Source: a virus (lineage: Duplodnaviria; Caudoviricetes). Taken from it: a stretch of DNA of 38,434 bases. Position 1 is the stretch's first letter; every line of letters begins with the position of its first letter. Positions 18,177 through 27,064 of the stretch are shown in pieces. The notes under the pieces are model-generated. The model worked only from the letters and a program-made list of their open reading frames with translations, was not told the origin of the DNA and made no database searches. The position numbers and the translations under genes were made by a program. Location: IMG/VR virus record IMGVR_UViG_3300022914_000360, positions 1 to 38,434 of that record; one strand, given 5' to 3'.

Positions 18177-19144
18177 TGAGTTGTGTTTATAAAGGCGAAA
18201 TCATTAATTCAGAACAATCTGCCAACGCAAATGGTGGAACTGAAATGATGAGACAACGTTTGATAGATAATATTGATAAAGAAGTATTAGAAAAAGTAGC
18301 AGTACATTTATCAAGACCTAGAGAATTATACGATGATGTCCCAAATGTACTTTGGTGTCATGACCTAGCAGAAGATCCTGAGAATCAAATCTTAAAAGAT
18401 GGCGGATGGCAAAAGTTTAATCATTTTGTCTTTGTGTCAGCTTGGCAGCGTGACCAATACGTTGTAAGATTTGGTATACCATATAGTATGTGTTCAGTTA
18501 TTCACAATGCGGTTGAAAAGAAATACGACCCTAAAGAAAAAGATATGGAAACAATTCGTTTCGTCTATCATACAACTCCACATCGTGGATTAGAATTGCT
18601 TGTACCTATTTTTGAATCCCTTACTAAAGAATTTGATAATATTCATCTTGATGTATTTTCAGGTTTTGAGATTTATGGTTGGGAACAACGCAACGAAGCT
18701 TATAAAGAATTATTTAAAAGAATTGAAGACCATGAACAAATGACTTATCATGGAGTTAAGTCAAACGACGAAGTTTTAGAAGCATTAGATAAATCTCATA
18801 TTTTCTTATATCCTAATATATGGAAAGAAACATCTTGTATTGCTTTGCTTGAAGCAATTAAGTCGCAAATGATTTGTATTCATCCAAATTATGGAGCACT
18901 ACCTGAGACAGGAGCAAATGCAACAATTATGTATGATTGGAATGAAGATATGAATCATCATGCAAATTATGCTTTTGCTGTGACAAGACAAATACTAACG
19001 CAAATGAAAAATGATCCTAACTATTTCCACGGATTTACTTTTTCTGACCGTTTTAACTTGGCAAGAAATTCAATTGCCTCATTTGCCACTATGTGGTCAA
19101 CCTTATTAAGGAACTTAGGAGATGCCTACCAAAAACAAGGATAA
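18176..19144 (+). CDS. GT-B glycosyltransferase (GT4-like)
   Basis: GGTE, FVSAWQ, HRGL, YP..W.ETSCIALLEA, GALPET. Confidence 0.85.
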   Translation: MSCVYKGEIINSEQSANANGGTEMMRQRLIDNIDKEVLEKVAVHLSRPRELYDDVPNVLWCHDLAEDPENQILKDGGWQKFNHFVFVSAWQRDQYVVRFGIPYSMCSVIHNAVEKKYDPKEKDMETIRFVYHTTPHRGLELLVPIFESLTKEFDNIHLDVFSGFEIYGWEQRNEAYKELFKRIEDHEQMTYHGVKSNDEVLEALDKSHIFLYPNIWKETSCIALLEAIKSQMICIHPNYGALPETGANATIMYDWNEDMNHHANYAFAVTRQILTQMKNDPNYFHGFTFSDRFNLARNSIASFATMWSTLLRNLGDAYQKQG

Positions 19145-19511
19145 CTTAATACAGTTTCCTTCTATACATTCAAATCCCCCAATTGACCAAGTGTCAGTTC
19201 AACAAAGGATTAAAGAATATAAAGAATCTTATTCAACAGAGCTTGCTGAAATTATTTGGGAAAATGTATTAGGTGAAATGGCAAGGGCAGGTTGCGATTT
19301 TGATTCTGACATGGAAAAATACTTTCCATCGATGATTTTAATATTTGAAGCAATCCGTTCTTTACATCTACAAACGATGGGAGAAGAACATCAATTACAA
19401 CCTTTTGCTGAACATAACGTTCTCATATTAGATTCTGACCCGGACCGTATGTCTGGAGGACTGAAAAAGAATTTGGAAGAAACTATTGACATTGACTCTG
19501 ATTTAGATTAA
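19122..19511 (+). CDS. Hypothetical protein
   Basis: RBS AGGAG; N-terminal NLIQFP motif. Confidence 0.65.
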   Translation: MPTKNKDNLIQFPSIHSNPPIDQVSVQQRIKEYKESYSTELAEIIWENVLGEMARAGCDFDSDMEKYFPSMILIFEAIRSLHLQTMGEEHQLQPFAEHNVLILDSDPDRMSGGLKKNLEETIDIDSDLD

Positions 19512-19514
19512 AAT
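19486..19514 (+). promoter_or_regulatory. Early-type promoter for rnh
   Basis: AACTATTGACA-N17-TAAAAT. Confidence 0.65.
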
Positions 19515-19545
19515 GGTACATTGAAACAGTAAATTTGGATAAATT

Positions 19546-20403
19546 ATGATATTAGTTGACTATAACCAAGTAATGCTTGCGAGTCTTTTCGCAGGTATTG
19601 GAAACCATACAAATGTCGAGCTTGATGAAAATCTTCTCCGACATATGTTTTTAAATTCTATCAGGTTCAATCGTAAAAAGTTCTCTGGTGAATATGGAGA
19701 AATTGTTCTCTGTTGTGATAATACGAATGTTTGGAGAAAAGATTACTTTCCATATTATAAAGCAAATCGTAAAAAGAATCGCGATGAATCAGAACTCGAT
19801 TGGAATGCACTCTTTGATGTAATTCATGAAATCCGTAGAGAGATTGAAGAATTCTTTCCATATAAAGTATTATACATTGACCGTTGTGAAGCAGATGATA
19901 TTATTGCTACATTGGTCGAGGAACACGGTACTGAACTTAACACAGGCGCTGAAAAGATATTAATCCTTTCAGGAGATAAAGATTTCATTCAATTACATAA
20001 GTATGCGAATGTTGACCAATACAACCCTGTGTTGAAGAAATGGATAAGACATGCAGATCCTAATAAATATTTACAGGAACATGTATTAAAAGGTGATGTT
20101 GGTGACGGCATTCCAAATATTCTTTCTGCTGACAATTGTTTAGCAATCGGTGAAAGACAAAAGCCGATGACAAAGAAAAGGATTGAAACGTTCACAAGTA
20201 CACCTGACCAAATGGATGAAGAAACTAAGTTAAGGTTCAATCGTAATAAGCAAATGATTGACTTATCTCAGATTCCTCAGCAGTATAAAGATATTATACT
20301 GAATGAATATAATAACCAAGAAGAAGTTGGACGATCTCATTTGTTTAACTACTTCGTAAAGAAAAAGTTGAAAAACTTGATTGGAGACTTACAGGATTTT
20401 TAA
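19546..20403 (+). CDS. rnh: T4 RNase H (5'-3' exonuclease/flap endonuclease)
   Basis: ILVDYNQ, WRKDYFPYYKANRK, EADDIIA, SGDKDFIQL, GDVGDGIPN. Confidence 0.95.
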   Translation: MILVDYNQVMLASLFAGIGNHTNVELDENLLRHMFLNSIRFNRKKFSGEYGEIVLCCDNTNVWRKDYFPYYKANRKKNRDESELDWNALFDVIHEIRREIEEFFPYKVLYIDRCEADDIIATLVEEHGTELNTGAEKILILSGDKDFIQLHKYANVDQYNPVLKKWIRHADPNKYLQEHVLKGDVGDGIPNILSADNCLAIGERQKPMTKKRIETFTSTPDQMDEETKLRFNRNKQMIDLSQIPQQYKDIILNEYNNQEEVGRSHLFNYFVKKKLKNLIGDLQDF

Positions 20404-20405
20404 TT

Positions 20406-20852
20406 ATGATTAGAGATGCAGTATGCGACGTCATTGACGGAGCAGTAAAACAAAAAAGTGTAAAAGACAAAGTTGCCTTTTTACAAAAATATGCCTCAGT
20501 GCCATTGAAAGGAGTTCTTCGTTTGATTTATGATGAAGATATTGAATTCATGGTACCTGACAGTAAACCCCCATATAAAGAAAATAATTTAATTGACCTT
20601 GATACTATGTTGTATCGAGAAGCAAGACGTTTAAGAATTTTCTTTAAAGGTGGTGGTTATGACAACCTCAACCAAATGAGACGTGAAGCGTTGTTCATTC
20701 AACTGCTTGAAGACCTATACCCAGGAGATGCAAAATTGTTATCAGAGAATATGATTTCTCATACTCCAGTTAAAGGACTTACAAGAAAGACGGTTGAAAC
20801 AGCATTTCCCGGACTCTTCGAAACAGCCCTCCCGGAACTCGGATTTAAGTAA
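20406..20852 (+). CDS. Conserved T4-like hypothetical protein (typically follows rnh)
   Basis: RREALFIQLLE.L motif. Confidence 0.75.
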   Translation: MIRDAVCDVIDGAVKQKSVKDKVAFLQKYASVPLKGVLRLIYDEDIEFMVPDSKPPYKENNLIDLDTMLYREARRLRIFFKGGGYDNLNQMRREALFIQLLEDLYPGDAKLLSENMISHTPVKGLTRKTVETAFPGLFETALPELGFK

Positions 20853-20864
20853 AAGGAAATTAAC

Positions 20865-21008
20865 ATGGCTAGGCGCGAAAAGCAAAGCGCTAATAATTCC
20901 GATTGGAATGAATACAGAAAAGTTGATAGTAAACGCAACAAAAATAAGCAAAAAACGAGAAATACTCGAAAACAAAAGTTGACGGAAAAACGAAATTTTC
21001 TTTCATAA
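20865..21008 (+). CDS. Small basic protein (47 aa)
   Basis: RBS AAGGA; MARREKQSANNSDWNEYRK...NFLS. Confidence 0.6.
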   Translation: MARREKQSANNSDWNEYRKVDSKRNKNKQKTRNTRKQKLTEKRNFLS

Positions 21009-21042
21009 AACTATTGACATTCAGTCGTTTCTTTGTTATAAT
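21002..21042 (+). promoter_or_regulatory. Phage early promoter
   Basis: TTCATAAAACTATTGACA-N17-(TG)TATAAT. Confidence 0.85.
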
Positions 21043-21052
21043 ATAATCTGAA

Positions 21053-21655
21053 ATGGAAAAAGAAATGACAAAAATGAACTATCGAGCTGAAAAATTAATA
21101 CTTGTTGACTGTGATGGTGTTCTCCTTGATTGGAAATACGCCTTCTACGGTTGGATGGCCGAAAAAGGTTATATTATGAAAGTTCATGGAGCCTACGAGG
21201 TTGCTGAAACTTTCGGTATTACAAAGGCCGAAGCAAAGTCGTTAATCAGACAGTTCAACGAATCTGCAAGAATTGGGTTTCTACCCGGTCTAAGAGATGC
21301 AATCAAATATGTTAAAAAATTACATGACGAAGGTTATGTGTTTCATTGTATTACTAGTCTCAGTACTGATTACTATGCCGGTAAGCTGAGAGAACACAAT
21401 CTTGAAACTCTGTTCGGAAAAGGAGTTTTTGAGAAAGTCGTCTGCCTTGACTGCGGAGCTGATAAGGATGATGGATTGGCTCCTTACAAAGATAGTGGTT
21501 GTATTTGGGTTGAAGATAAACCTGAAAATGCAGAGTGTGGCTTGAATCTAGGTCTGAGACCTTATTTAATCGCTCACGATTTCAACGATGATTACAACCA
21601 TCCTGACATACCAAAAGTTAGGCTTTGGAAGGAAATCTACGAAGAAATTGTATAA
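21053..21655 (+). CDS. HAD-family 5'(3')-nucleotidase-like protein (T4 30.2-like)
   Basis: VDCDGVLLDW, WVEDKPEN; start may lie a few codons downstream. Confidence 0.8.
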   Translation: MEKEMTKMNYRAEKLILVDCDGVLLDWKYAFYGWMAEKGYIMKVHGAYEVAETFGITKAEAKSLIRQFNESARIGFLPGLRDAIKYVKKLHDEGYVFHCITSLSTDYYAGKLREHNLETLFGKGVFEKVVCLDCGADKDDGLAPYKDSGCIWVEDKPENAECGLNLGLRPYLIAHDFNDDYNHPDIPKVRLWKEIYEEIV

Positions 21656-21658
21656 ATA
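21651..21658 (+). promoter_or_regulatory. T4-type late promoter
   Basis: TATAAATA. Confidence 0.7.
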
Positions 21659-21687
21659 CAATTATGCAAGTTTGGATTGGATATTAA

Positions 21688-21933
21688 ATGCCTACATATA
21701 CGTTTGAAGATACAAAAACAGGCGAGCAATTCGAGAAGTTTCTCAAGCTCTCTGCTCGCGAAGATTATCTAAAAGAAAATCCCCATTTAAAACAAATAAT
21801 TTCTAGTGCGTCAACTTTGATTGATAGCGCACGCTTGGGCCGTATGAAACCGGACCAAGGTTTTCGTGATTTGCTTACATCTATGAAAAAAAATAAATCA
21901 TACACAGGAAACAAAATCAACGACTGGAAATAA
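21688..21933 (+). CDS. FmdB-like small phage protein
   Basis: MPTYTF...TGEQFE...YLKENPHLKQ; usual position before phoH. Confidence 0.7.
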   Translation: MPTYTFEDTKTGEQFEKFLKLSAREDYLKENPHLKQIISSASTLIDSARLGRMKPDQGFRDLLTSMKKNKSYTGNKINDWK

Positions 21934-21973
21934 TATACATTATCTCCATAGTTGATGCAAAAGGAGATTATAT

Positions 21974-22735
21974 ATGTCAAGACAGCGTCGTTTATCACCG
22001 AAAGAGAAAAGGTTATTGAAGAGGAAACAAAAAGGGACTTTAGATACAAAATTCTCAATGAGAAATATTTCCCCAATGACAACGACTCAAGAGGATATGT
22101 TCGACAGCTATCGTGCTGGATATAATATTGCTGCTATCGGAACGGCAGGCACAGGAAAAACAATGTGTGGATTATATCTTGGTTTGAGTGACATTTTAAA
22201 TGATGATAATTATGACCAAGTTATAATTGTCCGTTCAGCAGTTCAGACAAGGGAACAAGGTTTTATGCCAGGTACCCAGGCTCAAAAAGAAGCCGTCTAT
22301 TCAGTACCTTATGCTGATATTGTAAACAACTTATTTGGCCGAGGAGACGCATGGGAGATTTTAAAACAAAAACACTCAGTCAAATTTATGACATCATCGT
22401 TCGTTCGTGGACTTACATTTGATAATTCAATTATCATTGTTGATGAATGTCAGAGTATGACCTATCATGAACTTGATAGTATCATAACAAGAGTTGGTGA
22501 AACATCAAGAATCATATTCTGTGGTGACACAGCGCAAGATGACCTTGCCACTTCAAGAAATAGGAATGATACATCCGGTCTTGGAGATTTTATTAATGTA
22601 TTAAAAAGGATGGACCATTCCTTCAAAGTAGTTCAATTTGGAATTGAAGATATTGTAAGAAGTGGTTTAGTTAAAGAATATATTATCGCAAAGGAGAGAC
22701 AAACATATAGGCCTTCATTAGCAATGACTGCCTAA
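21974..22735 (+). CDS. phoH: PhoH-family ATPase
   Basis: GTAGTGKT, GFMPG, RGLTF, IVDECQ, GDTAQ, DIVRSGLV. Confidence 0.95.
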   Translation: MSRQRRLSPKEKRLLKRKQKGTLDTKFSMRNISPMTTTQEDMFDSYRAGYNIAAIGTAGTGKTMCGLYLGLSDILNDDNYDQVIIVRSAVQTREQGFMPGTQAQKEAVYSVPYADIVNNLFGRGDAWEILKQKHSVKFMTSSFVRGLTFDNSIIIVDECQSMTYHELDSIITRVGETSRIIFCGDTAQDDLATSRNRNDTSGLGDFINVLKRMDHSFKVVQFGIEDIVRSGLVKEYIIAKERQTYRPSLAMTA

Positions 22736-22742
22736 CAAACAC

Positions 22743-22760
22743 GGGGACCTTCGGGTCCCC
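22743..22760 (+). terminator. UUCG-tetraloop hairpin (terminator or mRNA stabiliser)
   Basis: GGGGACC-TTCG-GGTCCCC; weak U-tract. Confidence 0.7.
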
Positions 22761-22778
22761 ACATTCTCAGGATTTATT

Positions 22779-23471
22779 ATGAAATTATTTGAACACAATG
22801 CGGACGCACCTGTCCTAGAAAAATTAACAAGAGCAAACATAGACGGAAAACGTATTTACCAAACTCCATCAGGAGAAGGATATCCTTCAGTCACAACTGT
22901 ATTAGGTATCTTAGGTAAAGAAGATTTAGCAAAATGGAGAAAGCGAGTTGGCGAAGAAGAAGCAAATCGTATCTCTACTCAAGCCGCAAGACGTGGTACC
23001 GCAGTACACAAGCTATGTGAAGATTATTTAGATAATGATCCTAACTATTCTAAAAAGCATATGCCTGCGAATATTCAGATGTTCAATACAATGAAACCAA
23101 TTCTTGACGAAAGAATAAATAATATTTGGTACCAAGAGTGTTTCTTGTATTCTAACGAATTACAAACTGCAGGCCAAGTTGACTGTATTGCTGAATGGGA
23201 TGGTGAACTTGCTGTTGTTGATTTTAAGACATCAAGGAAACTCAAGAAAGAAGAATGGATTTTAAATTATTATATGCAGGTTTCTTTTTATGCCAAAGCA
23301 TTTGAAGAAATGACTGGTACTCCTGTAAAGAAAGGTGTTGTCTTTATTGGAGTTGATAACGAAGACCCACAAGTGTTTGAGTTTGATACATCTGATTATC
23401 TTGACCACTTTAAAGCTGTAAGGGAAACGTATAAAGAATTATATGAAAAAGAAAAGGTACATAATCTCTGA
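22779..23471 (+). CDS. PD-(D/E)XK exonuclease
   Basis: YPSVTTVL, RGTAVH, AGQVDCI, VVDFKTS, Q...YA. Confidence 0.88.
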   Translation: MKLFEHNADAPVLEKLTRANIDGKRIYQTPSGEGYPSVTTVLGILGKEDLAKWRKRVGEEEANRISTQAARRGTAVHKLCEDYLDNDPNYSKKHMPANIQMFNTMKPILDERINNIWYQECFLYSNELQTAGQVDCIAEWDGELAVVDFKTSRKLKKEEWILNYYMQVSFYAKAFEEMTGTPVKKGVVFIGVDNEDPQVFEFDTSDYLDHFKAVRETYKELYEKEKVHNL

Positions 23472-23790
23472 TGACAATATGGGAGTATTCCTAGGAACGT
23501 ATAATGGGTACGATCTTGGAATGGAAGATGACCACAGAATTTATGCATGTTTTGCCGCGAACAATCCTTTCGGTCTAACTACTGCTTGTTCGTTTAAAAC
23601 TGAAAGAGCAGCTTATCATTATATACAAGATATGTTTCCTCCAAAGAAACAAAGAAATTTAAAAACATATGAGGTTCAAACTGACAGTGAATTTCCTACT
23701 GTCGTAGACATGATTAAGTCAGGTCTTGGTGAAGAAACCTTTGATATGATAGACGGTTTAGTTGCCGAAGGAAGCCAAGTTATTCATTAA
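23443..23790 (+). CDS. Hypothetical protein
   Basis: 115-aa ORF in operon orientation. Confidence 0.6.
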   Translation: MKKKRYIISDDNMGVFLGTYNGYDLGMEDDHRIYACFAANNPFGLTTACSFKTERAAYHYIQDMFPPKKQRNLKTYEVQTDSEFPTVVDMIKSGLGEETFDMIDGLVAEGSQVIH

Positions 23791-23803
23791 TAATAAATAA
23801 CTA

Positions 23804-23832
23804 TTGACATCATAAAGAAAATAGATTAAAAT
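23804..23832 (+). promoter_or_regulatory. Phage early promoter
   Basis: AACTATTGACA-N17-TAAAAT. Confidence 0.7.
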
Positions 23833-23841
23833 AGCTCCATT

Positions 23842-24375
23842 ATGTTGATATCAGAAAAGAGATTAGTTCAAGAAGCGTTAATGCTGTGTATCAAAGCACA
23901 CAATGGTCAAAGACGGAAATACACCGGAGAACCATATTCAATTCATCCTATAGGTGTTTCAAAAATAGTTGAAACTGTAGAGCATACTCCTGAGATGATT
24001 GCTGCAGCTTTGTTGCACGACGTAGTCGAAGATACTGATGTCACATTTAGAGAAATCAAAGATAGCTTTGGTTCAGTCGTTGCAGAGTATGTTCATTACT
24101 GCACAAACGTTTCAGAAAAAGATGACGGCAATCGTCAATTTCGTAAAAAGATGGATGCCGACCATTTTGCATTAGGACCTGCAGAAAGTCAAACAATAAA
24201 GGTTGCCGACTTAATTCATAATAGTCAAACCATTATTCCGCATGACCAAAAATTCTTCCATAAAGCTTACAAATACGAAAAGCAATATATGATGGATGTT
24301 TTGACAAAAGCAGACCCTATCTTAAAAGGTCAAGCTCAAACAATGCTTGACGAATCATGGGATCCAGTTAAGTAA
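23842..24375 (+). CDS. HD-domain (p)ppGpp hydrolase-like protein (small alarmone hydrolase/Mesh1-like)
   Basis: AH.GQRRK..GEPY..HP, AALLHDVVEDT, IKVADLIHN. Confidence 0.85.
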   Translation: MLISEKRLVQEALMLCIKAHNGQRRKYTGEPYSIHPIGVSKIVETVEHTPEMIAAALLHDVVEDTDVTFREIKDSFGSVVAEYVHYCTNVSEKDDGNRQFRKKMDADHFALGPAESQTIKVADLIHNSQTIIPHDQKFFHKAYKYEKQYMMDVLTKADPILKGQAQTMLDESWDPVK

Positions 24376-24393
24376 ACTGGGTCCTATTTTTTT
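24360..24393 (+). terminator. Rho-independent terminator
   Basis: GGATCCAGTT/AACTGGGTCC stem followed by TATTTTTTT. Confidence 0.8.
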
Positions 24394-24403
24394 CTTAAAA
24401 TTT

Positions 24404-24446
24404 TCTCATAAAAACTATTGACATTCTCCATGAGATAGAGTATAAT
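24404..24446 (+). promoter_or_regulatory. Phage early promoter
   Basis: TCTCATAAAAACTATTGACA-N17-TATAAT. Confidence 0.88.
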
Positions 24447-24477
24447 AGTATCTGTAAATTGGAAATGGAGTTAAATT

Positions 24478-24834
24478 ATGAGTGATTTATCATACTGGGG
24501 TGGAAACGGACCTCATCAAGATTTGGCAGATAAAATGGGAAATATGATCCCAGTATCTGGTCCTTGTTATAATGTTCCTGGAGACGATTCTTCAGGTATC
24601 AATCAACCGCTTGACCGTTATCGTCAAGTTGTCAACGCATACTACGATATTTTTAACAACGGTGGATGTAATTCTGTCAGCCGTAAGGTTGCTAAATTCT
24701 TCCCTGGTGTTATGCAACATCTTCGTGGTAGCAATTACCGTAGCCCAAATTGGGACTTAATCCATGACATTGTAGATGCCCAAATGGACAAGCATGTCAA
24801 AATTGCTGCGAAAAAAATGAATTTATTTTCATAA
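24478..24834 (+). CDS. Early hypothetical protein
   Basis: RBS GGAG; YYDIFNNGG motif. Confidence 0.7.
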   Translation: MSDLSYWGGNGPHQDLADKMGNMIPVSGPCYNVPGDDSSGINQPLDRYRQVVNAYYDIFNNGGCNSVSRKVAKFFPGVMQHLRGSNYRSPNWDLIHDIVDAQMDKHVKIAAKKMNLFS

Positions 24835-24869
24835 AAACTATTGACATTCGTTATGAGATAGAGTATAAT
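24820..24869 (+). repeat. 50-bp exact direct repeat (early promoter), copy 1
   Basis: AATTTATTTTCATAAAAACTATTGACATTCGTTATGAGATAGAGTATAAT, identical at 26985-27034. Confidence 0.9.
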
Positions 24870-24900
24870 GGTTGTATAAATTATGGAAAAGGTGGAAAAT

Positions 24901-25287
24901 ATGAAAAATTACATTGTGAAACAGGTAGTGATTCCTAAAGAAGAAAGGGAATATCCTAACCTGTATAATTGGGATGGCGCTGTCGCAAAGTCAGGAGCCT
25001 GGAAAGCAAGAATGGATTGTATGCATTTTAGTCAAGATGATACTTTCGACATTGAGAACTTTAAGTTCTTTAAAGATTGCTTTGAAGTTCAAGCGCAAAG
25101 CTTGGATCACGTTTTTAAAATCACTAACCTATGGGACGAACCTGATGCAGTGTTCACCATTCATCAAGGTCACAGTACTTCAGTCGGTGATATCATCGTA
25201 GAGAAGGACACAGGAGACCATTACATGGTTTGTGATTTCGGTTTCAAGAAGTTAGGTATCACAGGAGTTCTTGCTGATGTCGCTTAA
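24901..25287 (+). CDS. Early hypothetical protein (YodL-like HS.SVGD motif)
   Basis: GHSTSVGDIIV; RBS AGGTGG; alternative start 24883. Confidence 0.65.
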   Translation: MKNYIVKQVVIPKEEREYPNLYNWDGAVAKSGAWKARMDCMHFSQDDTFDIENFKFFKDCFEVQAQSLDHVFKITNLWDEPDAVFTIHQGHSTSVGDIIVEKDTGDHYMVCDFGFKKLGITGVLADVA

Positions 25288-25435
25288 TGAATATTTTGAA
25301 TTTTTGGATGCTCTGAGGGAGTCAGGAACTATTAATATGTTCGGTGCTCCTAAGGTGCTTCAAGATGAGTTTGGTTTGAGCAAAGGAGAATCTTTTGAAA
25401 TCTTCAAAGCTTGGACTGAGAAATTTAATCAATAA
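25277..25435 (+). CDS. Small phage protein (52 aa)
   Basis: RBS AGGAG; MSLNEYFEFLDALRESGTINMFGAPKVLQDEFGL... Confidence 0.7.
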   Translation: MSLNEYFEFLDALRESGTINMFGAPKVLQDEFGLSKGESFEIFKAWTEKFNQ

Positions 25436-25456
25436 TTGTGGAAAAGGAGATAAATT

Positions 25457-26413
25457 ATGGCACATGAATTGGAAATGGTAAACGGTGTAGCCTCAATGGC
25501 ATATCGTGAAAGTAAAGGTGTACCTTGGCATGGTCTTGGTGTACCGGTATCGGATGATATGACTCCGATAGAAATGATGAAAGCTGCTAATCTTGATTGG
25601 ACAGTTTCTAAGCAGAAGTCCTTTATTGAACTCAATGGTGAAAAGATTGAGACAGGTCAAGAGGCTTTGGTAAGAGACACTGACGGCAAGATCTTGACAA
25701 ATGTTTCTGGTAATTGGAAACCTTGTCAAAACCTAGAAGCTTTTGAGTTCTTTACTGACTTTGTATCAAATGGTGATATGGTCATGGACACAGCAGGTAG
25801 TATTAAAGACGGTCAAATGGTCTTTGCTGCAGCTGATGTGAAAGACGGTTTCACTCTGTTTGGTGGAGACGAAGTAAAAGGATATCTTTTGTTTAGTAAT
25901 CCTCACGTCTATGGAAAATCTATTGATGTCAAGTTTGTTATGACAAGGGTAGTTTGTAATAATACTCTGTCTATGGCTTTGACTGAAAGAGGTCAACCTG
26001 CAGTAAGGTTATCGCATAGAAATGAGTTCGACCCTGAGCTTGTTAAGCAACTATTAGGTATTTCACATACAAGAATTGAACAGTTTAAAGAAGCTGCTGA
26101 ATTCCTTGGTTCTAAGAGATACTCTGATGAAGCTTTCCAAAGGTTCCTCGGACAAGTATTTGGTACTTCAAATCAGAAGGACAAGGAATTGTCAAGAACT
26201 GCTGAAAGAGCTTTGGAAATAGTTGATACTCAACCAGGAGCTAACTATGCACCAGGAACATGGTGGAATGCTTACAACGCAGTCACATATATGACTGACC
26301 ATGAAATGGGTAGGACTGCAGATACAAGAGCTGCGGCTGCTTGGTTTGGACATAACGCGAAAAGAAAGCTTGATGCTCTCAACGTCGCGGTTGAAATGGC
26401 GGAGGCTGCGTAA
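25457..26413 (+). CDS. DUF932 / phage-plasmid-like protein
   Basis: PWHGLG, A.LDW.V, QN.EAF.F, RVVCNNTL, GTWWNAYNAVT. Confidence 0.85.
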   Translation: MAHELEMVNGVASMAYRESKGVPWHGLGVPVSDDMTPIEMMKAANLDWTVSKQKSFIELNGEKIETGQEALVRDTDGKILTNVSGNWKPCQNLEAFEFFTDFVSNGDMVMDTAGSIKDGQMVFAAADVKDGFTLFGGDEVKGYLLFSNPHVYGKSIDVKFVMTRVVCNNTLSMALTERGQPAVRLSHRNEFDPELVKQLLGISHTRIEQFKEAAEFLGSKRYSDEAFQRFLGQVFGTSNQKDKELSRTAERALEIVDTQPGANYAPGTWWNAYNAVTYMTDHEMGRTADTRAAAAWFGHNAKRKLDALNVAVEMAEAA

Positions 26414-26427
26414 GCGGCTTCCATTTT
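26401..26427 (+). terminator. Hairpin terminator
   Basis: GGAGGCTGC-GTAA-GCGGCTTCC then ATTTT. Confidence 0.65.
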
Positions 26428-26452
26428 CATGGAATTTAATCTTATACAACTA

Positions 26453-26481
26453 TTGACATCATAATGAAACTATGGTATAAT
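26453..26481 (+). promoter_or_regulatory. Phage early promoter
   Basis: AACTATTGACA-N17-(TGG)TATAAT. Confidence 0.85.
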
Positions 26482-26514
26482 AGTTGTATAAATTAAATTG
26501 GAAAAGGATATATT

Positions 26515-26877
26515 ATGGTAAAATTTGATAAGAAAGGTAAAGTAAGAACTTCTGCTTATGTCGGAACATTCAGTACTCAATGTGCAGGTGATATGCTTGA
26601 GGTTGAGGCAATTAAGGATGTTGTGAAAAACTTAAACCAAGAGCTGAAGTATTACAAGGCAAAGGACCAAAGAGGTAGAGATATCAGGTTCAGAACCACT
26701 CTAAAGGCAAGAAAGCCTATTAATAAAATTACTAATCCAAGGACTGGAAGAAAGAGAGGTTATTCTACTTTCGGTGATGTGATTGGTGGAATGGAAAATG
26801 CAGGAGCGGTTGATGTCTATATTCATAGGTATCTGACTGACGCTATGTGGAAACAAGGATTTAACTATGAAAGTTAA
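26515..26877 (+). CDS. Early hypothetical protein
   Basis: RBS AAGGA; basic 120-aa ORF. Confidence 0.7.
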   Translation: MVKFDKKGKVRTSAYVGTFSTQCAGDMLEVEAIKDVVKNLNQELKYYKAKDQRGRDIRFRTTLKARKPINKITNPRTGRKRGYSTFGDVIGGMENAGAVDVYIHRYLTDAMWKQGFNYES

Positions 26878-26986
26878 AATTGAGTTGGAGCTTGATACTG
26901 ATAGAGATGCTCATGAAATTGAGCAACTTATCGAGCTTGCGCAAAAGATTAAAGAAAAGGCTGACGAAGTCAACGAAAGTAATTAA
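26867..26986 (+). CDS. Small protein (39 aa)
   Basis: RBS AAGGA; MKVKIELELDTDRDAHEIEQLIELAQKIK... Confidence 0.6.
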   Translation: MKVKIELELDTDRDAHEIEQLIELAQKIKEKADEVNESN

Positions 26987-27034
26987 TTTATTTTCATAAA
27001 AACTATTGACATTCGTTATGAGATAGAGTATAAT
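26985..27034 (+). repeat. 50-bp exact direct repeat (early promoter), copy 2
   Basis: Identical to 24820-24869. Confidence 0.9.
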
Positions 27035-27064
27035 TGTTCTATCAATTGGAAAAGGAAGGTAAAT

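Noticed and set aside
22779-23471. Cas4-like nuclease implying CRISPR-Cas
   Set aside because: It is an ordinary T4-like PD-(D/E)XK exonuclease after phoH; no Fe-S Cys cluster, cas genes or array
24404-27034. Recurrent ~45-bp repeats as a CRISPR array
   Set aside because: They are spaced by hundreds of bases to kilobases with genes between them, and each is a -35/-10 promoter
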